From Trueperaceae bacterium (lineage in GTDB: Bacteria > Deinococcota > Deinococci > Deinococcales > Trueperaceae): a stretch of DNA of 64,000 nucleotides. This document shows, one piece after another, positions 1 to 8,920 of the stretch (within the stretch, counting starts at the first letter, position 1; every line of letters begins with the position of its first letter). Under the pieces are notes generated by a model, which did not search any database, was not told the DNA's origin, and worked only from the letters and a program-made list of their open reading frames with translations. The position numbers and the translations under genes were made by a program. The DNA lies in assembly GCA_040905465.1 (NCBI GenBank), contig JBBDRK010000043.1, positions 1-64,000 of the forward strand, given 5' to 3'.

Positions 1-176
1 ACTACAACCGGGAACGGCGGCACTCCAGCTTGGAGAAGCAGACCCCGGAACAGGCATACCAGCAGTTGCCGCTACTGCCGTCGCCGCCCCCACTGGCCAC
101 CGAGCCCGTTACAGCCCAGCTCAGTTCGTGATAACACTTAAGAACCAAGAGGAATCTGTCCAACTACCGGGGTCCA
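1..176 (+). mobile_element. 3' end of an IS3-family insertion sequence (transposase C-terminus plus putative right end)
   Basis: Frame 3..131 reads YNRERRHSSLEKQTPEQAY...*, the typical YNxxRxHSSLxxxTP tail of IS3 OrfB. It is followed by CTGTCCAACTACCGGGGTCCA (156-176), which resembles IS3-family termini. Confidence 0.75.
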
Positions 177-327
177 TCGGTGACTGTCGGATTCGGCCTT
201 CTGACGATTTCGCAGTTGTGGAATTTTCGAAGTTTGATGAAAACGGCTGAATCGCAGCCCGTCTGGGCGCTCAACCTCAACTCATGGCGGGCACTGAAGG
301 GGAGGAGGCAGTCGAACCAGGGTCAGT

Positions 328-1434
328 TCAGGCGCCCATACGGCGGCTGGCCACAGCTATAAGTTGCCTACCGAGGGGAAACAGGAGCGGAGTGCCGCCC
401 GTGTGCACGAGCACGATGGGGCGATCGACACTATATCGCCCTTGCGCGATAAAACGCTCGACCGCCATCAAGGCACGGCCCGTATAGGAAGGTTCAATCA
501 GTATCCCTTCCGTCCTGGCAACATCAAGCACTGTCTGCCAACGGCTCACTGAGTTATCAAACAGAGTTCTGGTGGCAAATGTTGGGTCGCTGTCTACTTT
601 TGAAGGGTCTACCTGTAAATCTAGATTCAACAGGCGAGCTGCGTCCTCGGCAATTCCGGCGATCCGCTGAGCGCGACTGTCGACAGAGTGTCCTTGGTAG
701 TAGACTCCGTGCACCTGGATCCGCTCAGACAACAACAGGCTTCCCAACAGTAGGCCCGCGTGCGTTGCTCCACCCGATGCGACGAACACGTCGGCTTCTG
801 GTATGCCTTGTCGGTCCAGTTGCTCGATCAACTCGACTGCGGCCTTCACGTATCCGAGCGCTGCGAGTCCGGGCCGAGGATCGGTGTTGATGCAATATGG
901 CACCCGTCCCTCCTTACGCAATCGAGTCAGCTGCGTGTCGATTGCATCGTTGAGGAGTGACCGATCACCGGGAGGCGCCTCAAGGGCAAACTGGGGCTCC
1001 AGCACCGTTTCCTGACCCGTATTAGGAACCGGTAGGTCAAGGAAGACTATTTGGGCGCCGAGAACATTGCTGAGAAGGAGGTTGCCCTCGAGCGCCTCCG
1101 GTTCGGCACCCCAAAGTAGTAATACCGACTCGAGACCTAATTTCGCGGCCGCCGCGGCAACCTGCCTGCACTGGTTCGACTGGTTTCCGGACGATACGAC
1201 TATGGTGTCTGCGCCCTTCTTTTTGGCGTCGGCCAGCACGAACTCCAAATAGCGCGTCTTGTTGCCTCCCGTGGCAAGGCCGGTGCAGTCGTCGCGTTTG
1301 ATCCAGATCGGCGGTCCGCCCAATACGTGTGACAGGTTGGGGCAGTTCTCCAGGGGCGTGGGCAGCGAAGCAAGCGGAAGTTGTGGAACGTCATCTATAA
1401 GGTCTAGCAGTTGGTGCTTGGTTAACGTCGGCAT
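328..1434 (-). CDS. D-cysteine desulfhydrase / ACC deaminase family PLP-dependent enzyme
   Basis: KRDDCTGLATGGNKTR PLP-lysine motif, QSNQCR, EPSYTGRA and VHTGG. Start moved to ATG 1434, which has a GGAG RBS. Confidence 0.88.
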   Translation of the reverse strand: MPTLTKHQLLDLIDDVPQLPLASLPTPLENCPNLSHVLGGPPIWIKRDDCTGLATGGNKTRYLEFVLADAKKKGADTIVVSSGNQSNQCRQVAAAAAKLGLESVLLLWGAEPEALEGNLLLSNVLGAQIVFLDLPVPNTGQETVLEPQFALEAPPGDRSLLNDAIDTQLTRLRKEGRVPYCINTDPRPGLAALGYVKAAVELIEQLDRQGIPEADVFVASGGATHAGLLLGSLLLSERIQVHGVYYQGHSVDSRAQRIAGIAEDAARLLNLDLQVDPSKVDSDPTFATRTLFDNSVSRWQTVLDVARTEGILIEPSYTGRALMAVERFIAQGRYSVDRPIVLVHTGGTPLLFPLGRQLIAVASRRMGA

Positions 1435-1589
1435 CGTTACTCCAATCCGAGGCGCTACTCTTGGCGCCGCAGTAAAGGCATTTAAAGTTTTGTATTTGCA
1501 GCTGTCTGAACTGGCGAAGGGTCGATACAGGAATTCTACCGCCAGAGGACCAACCAGCACCCCGAAGCACAACTCTCCGACGACTCAAA

Positions 1590-2585
1590 TCACGGTGCGC
1601 TGGCCCGCACGATAAGTTCCGGTTTGATTACTACAGCATCAGTCTCGCGGTTTCCTCCCATCCTCTCGAGGAGCATCGTGACCGCATTGGCTCCCAGTTC
1701 GTAGAGGGAGATGCGCAGGGTCGTTAGCGCAGGCGTCGCAAGGCTCGCCAGCCGGATATCATCGCATCCGACGATAGCGATATCTCCGGGTACGCGCATG
1801 CCCTTCTCATCGCAGGCCTGTATTGCGCCGAGAGCTACCAGATCGTTGTAGCAGACTAGACCGTTGACTTGTAACCGCGTCTCCAGGAGTCGTTTTGCTG
1901 CCTCGTAACCACCGGCTTCGTCCGGTGAACATGTGATGATTGACTCTGGCTCAACGGAATGTCCGGTCGCTTCCAGGGCAGAAGTAAACCCTCGTATGCG
2001 TTGCTTGCCTCCATGTGAATAGGTAGGTCCAGCCAATAGGCATAGAGCTTGCCGCTCATCGGCAAGCAAGTGATGCACAGCCCTCATCGCCCCGTATGCA
2101 TCGTCCCGTCTTATCATTCCTGCTATCGAGGAGGGCGCTGTCCTGTTAACGAGGACTGAGGCCGGATGACGCTCGAGCAGCGGAATCAGTTCGTCGTCTG
2201 GCAAGCGTGGACTGCAGGCGACTATTCCATCGACTCGCTTGTCCTCCAGGAGCTGAAGAGACCGTTTCTCACGTTCCTGATCTTCCACCGTGTTGCAAAG
2301 AATCAACGAGAAGCCGTGTTCCCATGCCACGTCTTCGGCACCTCGAGCGATTTCCGGGAAAAACGGGTTAGCAATGTCCGGTACGAGAAGCCCCAGCGTC
2401 CGGGTGCTGTTACTGGCGAGACTTCGCGCTACCATGCTGGGGCGGTAGTTCAGGCGGGAAATGATCTGTTGTACTTTTTCGCGGGTACTGTCACTAATTT
2501 CGCCTTTGTTGTTGAGCACCCGAGACACGGTCATCGTTGAAACGCCCGCCTCTCGAGCGACATCTGCAATCGTTATTCTCGCCAT
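1590..2585 (-). CDS. LacI family transcriptional regulator
   Basis: TIADVAREAGVSTMTVSRVLN HTH, sugar-binding domain, ends ELIVRAS. Confidence 0.96.
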   Translation of the reverse strand: MARITIADVAREAGVSTMTVSRVLNNKGEISDSTREKVQQIISRLNYRPSMVARSLASNSTRTLGLLVPDIANPFFPEIARGAEDVAWEHGFSLILCNTVEDQEREKRSLQLLEDKRVDGIVACSPRLPDDELIPLLERHPASVLVNRTAPSSIAGMIRRDDAYGAMRAVHHLLADERQALCLLAGPTYSHGGKQRIRGFTSALEATGHSVEPESIITCSPDEAGGYEAAKRLLETRLQVNGLVCYNDLVALGAIQACDEKGMRVPGDIAIVGCDDIRLASLATPALTTLRISLYELGANAVTMLLERMGGNRETDAVVIKPELIVRASAP

Positions 2586-2615
2586 AAATAATTCTCCTCG
2601 CTCAAGATTGGTTGC

Positions 2616-2633
2616 AACGGTAACGTGAGCGTT
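2616..2633. promoter_or_regulatory. Putative LacI-type operator, copy 1
   Basis: AACGGTAACGTGAGCGTT matches the reverse complement of 2732-2749 at 14/18 positions, with CG-centred half-sites. Confidence 0.5.
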
Positions 2634-2694
2634 TGCATGAGTATTCTAATAAATCGATCAGGATGGGAAGCGTTAGGAGAAGCTGATCCGGTAA

Positions 2695-2723
2695 TTGACT
2701 TCCCATTTGCTCGATGCTACGCT
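2695..2723 (+). promoter_or_regulatory. Sigma70-type promoter of the DHDPS-like/RidA operon
   Basis: TTGACT, 17 bp, then TACGCT with an extended TGn. Confidence 0.65.
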
Positions 2724-2731
2724 CCCACTAT

Positions 2732-2749
2732 ACCGCTTACGTTATCGGT
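2732..2749. promoter_or_regulatory. Putative LacI-type operator, copy 2
   Basis: ACCGCTTACGTTATCGGT directly downstream of the predicted -10; inverted copy of 2616-2633. Confidence 0.55.
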
Positions 2750-2832
2750 AGCGGGCGACCGTCTTCAGGAAGCAGGGGAACGGGCTTTCATTGTTTCCGC
2801 GCGCTCTAGTCTTGCTAGGAGGATTCACCGGT

Positions 2833-3732
2833 ATGTCTGACAGACTGTTCAGTGGCATAATTCCGGTCATTACAACCGCCGTGGACGCTAACGGCAGTAT
2901 ACTGGAGCAACCCATCAGAGACCTCATAGATCACCTGATTTCTCGAGGTGCTCATGGATTGGCAGGCTTAGGCGAGGGAAGCGGGTTCCACAAGCTTTCC
3001 GTGGACGAAAGACTACGCCTGACTGAGGTCGTGCTCGAGCAGGTGCGCGGCCGCGTGCCAGTTATGATCGGTACATCAGCTAACAACTTGCCCGAGGCAA
3101 TTCTGTTCGCAAGAGCCGCTCAAAGCAACGGGGCCGATGCTGTTTTCGCAATGCCTCCATACTTGGCGAAACTTCGCGATGAACAGATACGCTCCTTCTA
3201 TCATCGTCTGGCGGATGCAGTAGACACTGAAATAATTATCCAGGACAACATGATGTCGACAGGTGGAGGGAGTGTCGGCGTGCCGCTGATGATCGAATTG
3301 GCATCCGACATCCCTACGATTACGTATATCAAAGAAGAAAACCCGCCAACTGGAGCTAGAATCGCGGAGCTTCGTCAGGCACTGCCCGACCGAGTAGGAA
3401 TCATCACTGGAAACGGCGGTAAATCGCTGATGAGTGATCTCAAGCGCGGCGCGGCGGGCTGTATGCCGGGGGCGATAGCAGTACCGGGGCTCATCAAGGT
3501 CTATGAGGCCTATAGTGCCGGCGAGCCAGACCGCGCTTATGAGATCTTCGAACGAACACTCCCCATAATCATGTTCGCGTCGGAACACTACGGTCCCGGT
3601 ACGACCGAGATCCTTCGGCGCAAAGGAATATTTCCAACCAGCTTCGTTCGCCCACCATGCGCACCGGGGCTCGACGAGGCAGCTAACGAGCAGCTAAGCC
3701 AACTCCTCATGCGCGCTAAGGACCTTGTTTGA
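2833..3732 (+). CDS. DHDPS/NAL superfamily lyase (2-keto-3-deoxy acid dehydratase/aldolase-like)
   Basis: GIIPVITT, RVPVMIG, GADAVFAMPPY, Schiff-base Lys in YIKEE; AGGAGG RBS before ATG 2833. Confidence 0.88.
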   Translation: MSDRLFSGIIPVITTAVDANGSILEQPIRDLIDHLISRGAHGLAGLGEGSGFHKLSVDERLRLTEVVLEQVRGRVPVMIGTSANNLPEAILFARAAQSNGADAVFAMPPYLAKLRDEQIRSFYHRLADAVDTEIIIQDNMMSTGGGSVGVPLMIELASDIPTITYIKEENPPTGARIAELRQALPDRVGIITGNGGKSLMSDLKRGAAGCMPGAIAVPGLIKVYEAYSAGEPDRAYEIFERTLPIIMFASEHYGPGTTEILRRKGIFPTSFVRPPCAPGLDEAANEQLSQLLMRAKDLV

Positions 3733-3777
3733 ATCCAGTTTGCTCAAGTGTGATGGCTTAACGAGAGGAGAAGTTCA

Positions 3778-4176
3778 ATGGAACAAACCGACACGGAAAG
3801 ACTGGCAATCAAGCCGGAGTCCCTCGACAAACCCGCCCGTTACAATTTGGGCATCCAGTTTGGCAACCTTGTATTCACCGCAGGTATAACCGGTAACGAT
3901 CCAGCCAGCGGCGACATTGTAGCGGGCGGCATTGGACCGCAGACCAAGCAGACTCTCGAAAATATCGAGACGATTCTGCGAGAAGCCGGGACCTCGCTGG
4001 AGCGAGCTATCAGGGTGGACGTCTACCTGGCTAATGTGGACGACTTTGCGGGCTACAACGAGGTATGGGAGCAGTATTTCGGCTCCGGTGCCACTCAGCC
4101 GGTTCGAACGACGGTCGTGGTGAATGGCTTCAAGGGGGATGTAATCGTCGAAATAACTGTCATAGCCGCAAAGTGA
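3778..4176 (+). CDS. RidA/YjgF family imine deaminase
   Basis: LVFTAG, QTKQTLENI, YNEVW, catalytic Arg in PVRTTV, VEITVIA. Confidence 0.92.
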   Translation: MEQTDTERLAIKPESLDKPARYNLGIQFGNLVFTAGITGNDPASGDIVAGGIGPQTKQTLENIETILREAGTSLERAIRVDVYLANVDDFAGYNEVWEQYFGSGATQPVRTTVVVNGFKGDVIVEITVIAAK

Positions 4177-4464
4177 CGGGTCGCGAGAGAACTACTCGTG
4201 CGGGCAGCTTGGCACGCGTAGCGCACGTTGATCAAAGCATGTTGATGAAGGACAGATCCTCCTTAGTTTCGCAATGCTGTGCGGCGACTAACAGTTGGGA
4301 CACTGGAGCTGTTGGGAGTGTTGGGCATGATAATTGAGGACAAGACCAGTGTAAGACAGAATTTTCGCTTCTGAACCGAAGTCGACAAACACAAGATTCG
4401 ATAGAAGGGTTCAAGAGATGATCAGTGCCGCCAAAGAGCCTGAGTCGAGCGGTAAGGGAGAGTC

Positions 4465-5574
4465 GTGAAGATAGTCTCGCTGGAGCCGTTCATCCTGCAC
4501 GTGCCGGTCAGCCGTGGCGCCATCGCTGATGGTACCCACCGGATCAGCCACTGGGGGACGCCCGGAGTGATGATCCGAACCGACGCGGGCATCACCGGCC
4601 ACGGCTACACCGGAACTCATGCCCATTTGGCTACCGACCGCATGATCGTCGAGTGCATAGAGCACGGATACGGCCCTGAGTTGCTGGGAAAGAACCCGCT
4701 CGAGACACGATCACTGTGGGAGACGCTGCACCGCCTGCCGCCCCTGCAGTGGATTGGACGCGCGGGGATCACACACCTTGCGCTGGCGGCGGTCGATACA
4801 GCGCTGTGGGACATAAAGGCGAAAGCGGCAGGTGTGCCGCTCTGGAGCCTTCTGGGAGGCTCCTCTGACTGCCGCCCGGCGGCCTACGACACTGACGGCG
4901 GTTGGCTGGATCGAGCCGGGGATGTACTAGTCGCCGACGTGAGTGAGCGTATGGCGGAGGGTTATCGCGCAGTGAAGGTCAAGGTCGGCAGCAGCGAAGA
5001 GGGGCGCGACCTCCGTCGACTCGAGCAGGTCCGGCAGGCGATAGGTCCAGAGATAAAGTTGATGGTGGACGCAAACGGCAGCTGGGACCTGGTGACCGCC
5101 CTGCGTGTCGGCCGCCGGCTGACCGACTACGACGTCTACTGGCTGGAGGAGCCGATCTGGTACGACGACCTCCCGGGTCACGCCCGCCTGGCGCGTTCTC
5201 TCGACACTCCCATCGCCCTGGGTGAACAGCTCTACAGCGTCGACGCCTTTCGGGACTTCATAACGGCAGGAGCGGTACATTTCGTCCAGGCGGACGCGGT
5301 GCGGCTAGCTGGTGTAACCGAGTGGTGGCGAGTTGCCGAGTTGGCTCGGGCATTCCGGCTGCCGGTGGTGCCGCACATCGGGGACATGATGCAGGTGCAC
5401 CTGCACCTGGCCATTGCCCACCCGGCGTGCGACCTGCTCGAGTACATCCCGTGGATGCGAGAGTGCTTCATTGAGCCGGCTACCGTCAGGGAGGGTCGCT
5501 TCGTAATTCCTGAGGAGCCCGGTGCCGGGACCACTCTGACAGTGGAGAGCTTTGAGCGTTACGGCGTTCGCTGA
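4465..5574 (+). CDS. Mandelate racemase subgroup enolase-superfamily enzyme (probable acid-sugar dehydratase)
   Basis: DTALWDIKAK, KVKVG, MVDAN, WLEEP, GEQ, PH and LEY motifs. Confidence 0.92.
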   Translation: MKIVSLEPFILHVPVSRGAIADGTHRISHWGTPGVMIRTDAGITGHGYTGTHAHLATDRMIVECIEHGYGPELLGKNPLETRSLWETLHRLPPLQWIGRAGITHLALAAVDTALWDIKAKAAGVPLWSLLGGSSDCRPAAYDTDGGWLDRAGDVLVADVSERMAEGYRAVKVKVGSSEEGRDLRRLEQVRQAIGPEIKLMVDANGSWDLVTALRVGRRLTDYDVYWLEEPIWYDDLPGHARLARSLDTPIALGEQLYSVDAFRDFITAGAVHFVQADAVRLAGVTEWWRVAELARAFRLPVVPHIGDMMQVHLHLAIAHPACDLLEYIPWMRECFIEPATVREGRFVIPEEPGAGTTLTVESFERYGVR

Positions 5575-6500
5575 GACGGGCCCACCGCTCTCCGCAGCAA
5601 AGATTGGCCGCACCTGGCGGCCTCACGTGGCCAGCTGGATCTTCATGACATCGGAGCTCGTCATCGCCACGGCGGTCATCGCCACGCTGGCTGCTCTCGA
5701 GGTGAACCTGGCAGCCTCGGGCCCTGTTCTTGTCATTCAGGCGCCCGCTCAGGTGCTGCTGCCCTCTTCCACCGCGCTCAGTACCAACGCCATCTCGCAT
5801 GCGCGATTGCGCCGCTACGCGCTCACCGTCCCGGCGGGCCTGACCACACTGCACGTGCTGTTCTCGATGACGCCCCTCTACCACGTGCTGATGGGCGCCA
5901 TCAGCACGCCCGACGAGGTCACTGCCGCGGTCACAGGCCCGCCCTCATAGCGATGGCCCCCTGGTCGTTCGGCACGGGCTACCGCCGCTTTCAGCAGGGG
6001 ATGCTGATCCGCTACGGGCACTCCAAGGTCGTCATCCTCGGAGCCGTAATTCGGCTCTCGTGCACAACTGCCCTCCTCGGCGCTGGCTACCGCATAGGCG
6101 GCATAGGGGGGTCGTTGGTGGGAGCTGCCGGCATAATCAGCGGCGTCCTTGTGGAAGCCGGGTCCGTGCAACTCCGGGCGATCCCGGTAGTCCAGTGTGA
6201 GCTACGGCGGGTGTCCGGCAGTGGACGACCGTTGACTCCCCGGTGTTTCTTTGCGTTTTTCTGGCCGCTGGTGGATGACGTTCGGTGAGCATACCCGCGG
6301 AATCATGGAGTCGGTCCTGCTGTGCCGGGCGACCGCCGTGACGATCCTGCTCGTCGGAGCGCTGTTGGGTGGAGCTGCCGGGCTCCATATCGGCATTGCC
6401 GCTTTCGTGACCAGCTTCCTGGGCAGTCTGCATGGCTGTGGCCCCGCAGCCGCCCTGTGCTGGAAGCACGTGAAACCTGGAAGAGGGCGTTCTGGAGTGA
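5552..6500 (+). pseudogene. Fragmented multi-pass membrane protein (MATE/ANKH-like), boundaries approximate
   Basis: Three consecutive hydrophobic ORF pieces in shifting frames (5552-5950, 5953-6288, ~6280-6480), carrying ASWIFMxxE..NLAA, LLxxSTALS and PW...YRRFQQGxLIRxG motifs. Confidence 0.6.
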
Positions 6501-6702
6501 GTAACAGCCAGGTTCAATGCGGTGCTATTCGCCGAACTCGATCATGCTCGCCCGGCCGCGCAAGCCCGTTCACTGGCCTCGTTCCTGTGGGAATGTGGGG
6601 AACTATGCGGGCCACTGGCGACAAGACCCTGGGCGAGGCGCAGTACGGGACATTCCGCTTCGCCCCAAGCGGGCCGGAGGCGGCCTCGGGAAAGGAACTC
6701 TA

Positions 6703-7545
6703 ATGAGCGATATTGACGGCGCGGCACTCTACCGGCCAGACTTCCGACTGGACGGAAAGGTGGCCGTGATAACCGGAGGCACTGGCGTGCTGGGCGGCGT
6801 GATGGCTCGCGGTCTGGCGGCGGCGGGAGCACGGGTCGCGGTGCTGGGGCGCAACCGTGAGCGCGCTCAGCTGGTGGTGGACGACATAGCAGATGCCGGC
6901 GGCAGTGCCCTGGCGACTCCGGCCGACGTGCTCGACCAGGACGCGCTGGCGCGCGTGCGTGACGAGCTGATGGAGCGCTGGTCGCGTCTCGACCTGCTCG
7001 TCAACGCGGCAGGCGGGAACGTGCCGGGAGCGACACTGGCTCCGGGACAATCCTTTTTGGAGTTGCAGCCCGAGGCGATGCAACAGGTGATGGGGCTGAA
7101 CTTCCACGGCACAGTGGTTCCGACCCAGATATTCGCTGGCGCGATGGTGGAAAGGGGCAGCGGGGTGATTATCAATATCTCGTCGATGGCAGCCACGCGG
7201 GCCATCACCAGGGTTGCCGGCTATTCGGCGGCCAAGGCGGCGGTCGACAATTTCACTCGCTGGCTCGCCACCACACTGGCCCGGGACCACGGTTCGGGAC
7301 TCAGGGTCAACGCGATAGCGCCGGGCTTCTTCGTGGGCGAGCAGAACCGCCGTCTGCTGCACAACGAGGATGACACGCTGACCGCCAGAGGTCAGGCGAT
7401 AATTGATCACACGCCAATGGGGCGCTTCGGCGATCCGGAGGACCTGCTGGGGACGCTGTTGTGGCTGTGCAGCGACGCCAGTCGCTTCGTGACAGGAGCG
7501 GTAGTGCCGGTAGACGGAGGCTTCTCGGTCTTCTCCGGCGTATGA
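6703..7545 (+). CDS. SDR oxidoreductase, D-mannonate oxidoreductase (UxuB-like)
   Basis: TGGTGVLG, NAAGGN, YSAAKAA, AIAPGFF..EQNRRLL; AAGGA RBS before ATG 6703. Confidence 0.85.
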   Translation: MSDIDGAALYRPDFRLDGKVAVITGGTGVLGGVMARGLAAAGARVAVLGRNRERAQLVVDDIADAGGSALATPADVLDQDALARVRDELMERWSRLDLLVNAAGGNVPGATLAPGQSFLELQPEAMQQVMGLNFHGTVVPTQIFAGAMVERGSGVIINISSMAATRAITRVAGYSAAKAAVDNFTRWLATTLARDHGSGLRVNAIAPGFFVGEQNRRLLHNEDDTLTARGQAIIDHTPMGRFGDPEDLLGTLLWLCSDASRFVTGAVVPVDGGFSVFSGV

Positions 7546-7830
7546 GCGTCTACTGCGCTGACCCGCATAACCACTGAGCAGTTAGCTACGGCGGAACGCT
7601 CGCGGGTACTTCGACTTCTGCTCTATCACCGGCCACGCCTTCTGACCCGACATGCCCCGCGATCTGGAAGAGAACGACGCCACATGCTAAAGCACTTTGG
7701 CGGTTTCGAGAAGCTGCGCCACTTCTGGCCATCTCTCCAGCACCAACTGGAGGAGGCTAATATGCCGGGCGAGTTCGTCATTTTCCTCAGCTAGGAGTGG
7801 CACTTCATTCACTTCCGGCACCGCTACGTG
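7542..7830 (+). pseudogene. Remnant of a PHP-fold (DUF3604-like) metallohydrolase
   Basis: ATGA overlap with the SDR stop. Reads MSVYCADPHNH*AVSYG, then FDFCSITGHAF*PDMP, then GFEKLRHFW...PGEFVIFLS*EWH, with several stops and frameshifts. Confidence 0.6.
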
Positions 7831-7933
7831 TCCGGCGCGTAGGCCTCGGGTCGAACGTGCTGAAGCACGGATTTACCGACATCAAGCATCACGAAGCGGC
7901 CCTCGCTGATATCGGGCGTGTCGGTGAGCGTCT

Positions 7934-8920
7934 CTACCGCACGATCCGCTCGGGGCCCGCCGCCATGACCGCCGTCAGCTCCTCCCGGTTGCTGACCAGC
8001 ATGTCACCGGACTGCGACAGTGCGAGCGCCGCCAGGGCAGCGCCCCTGTGCAGCCCCTGCGCCAGCGAGCCGTCGAGCCAACCGTCGAGCACGCCGGCGG
8101 CGAACGCGTCGCCCGCACCCAGCTTGTCGACCACCTCGGCGCCCAAGCTGGGCTGCTCCAGAAACTGCGAGTCATGAAGCGCGACGGCGCCCTCCTCGGC
8201 CAGGGTCAGCACCAACGAGCGCGCCCTCGTCAACTCCTGCAGCGCCTCGATGGTCTGTCGTACGTCGCCTGTCAGGTCGAACAACCGCGCCGCGTCCGCC
8301 CGGCCGCAGATCAGAATATCGACATCCCTGGCCAGCTCGAGCAGGCAGGAAGACGCCTCGTCGCGAGACCACAGCCTGATGCGGTAGTTGATGTCGAGGC
8401 TCACCGGCACTCGGGCCGCGCGAGCGCGCGCCACGGCTTCGCTGGCCAGGGCACGGCAGGAGTCGCTGAGCGCGGGCGTGATGCCGGTGAGGTGCAGCAC
8501 ACGAGTGTCGAGCAGGTAGTCCCAGTCGACATGGTCCGCTGTCATGCCGGCGGCGGCGGAACCCTTTCGGTCGTAGTAGACCTGTGTAGCCCGGGGTGGT
8601 GAGGCGAACTCCACGTAATAGCTGCCCATGCGCTCGTCGGCGACAAGCCCCACCGAAGAGACATCCACGCCCGCTCCTTTCAGCGCTCTCAATACGGAGA
8701 GGCCGAGCGGATTGTTGGGAAGACGGCTGACCCAACCGCACTTGCGGCCCAGGCCGGCCAAGGCGGCGCAGACGTTGCTTTCGGCCCCACCGGGGCTTAC
8801 GGCAAGATGGGAGAGTTGCTGCAGGCGTTCCCCTTGCGGCACCGACATTCGCAGCATCGTTTCACCGAGACTGGTGACGTCGAAGCGGGTAGGTCTTGAA
8901 ATCTCGGCATCCTCCTTCAT
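7934..8920 (-). CDS. kdgK: 2-keto-3-deoxygluconate kinase-like PfkB sugar kinase
   Basis: GETMLRM, GGAESNV, YYDRKGSAA, DINYRxRLW, DKLGAGDAF; coupled to eda. Confidence 0.85.
   Translation of the reverse strand: MKEDAEISRPTRFDVTSLGETMLRMSVPQGERLQQLSHLAVSPGGAESNVCAALAGLGRKCGWVSRLPNNPLGLSVLRALKGAGVDVSSVGLVADERMGSYYVEFASPPRATQVYYDRKGSAAAGMTADHVDWDYLLDTRVLHLTGITPALSDSCRALASEAVARARAARVPVSLDINYRIRLWSRDEASSCLLELARDVDILICGRADAARLFDLTGDVRQTIEALQELTRARSLVLTLAEEGAVALHDSQFLEQPSLGAEVVDKLGAGDAFAAGVLDGWLDGSLAQGLHRGAALAALALSQSGDMLVSNREELTAVMAAGPERIVR

Noticed and set aside
195-245. AT-rich GGCCTTCTGACGATTTCG... as the end of a second IS
   Set aside because: No matching inverted copy or transposase found in the window; cannot be supported without a database search.
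328-1434. ACC deaminase (acdS) call
   Set aside because: Has YT (EPSYTGRA), not the YE signature of true ACC deaminases.
4314-4360. GTTGGG triplet and TGTAAGACA as a GntR-type operator
   Set aside because: Short, irregularly spaced, and no GntR gene nearby.
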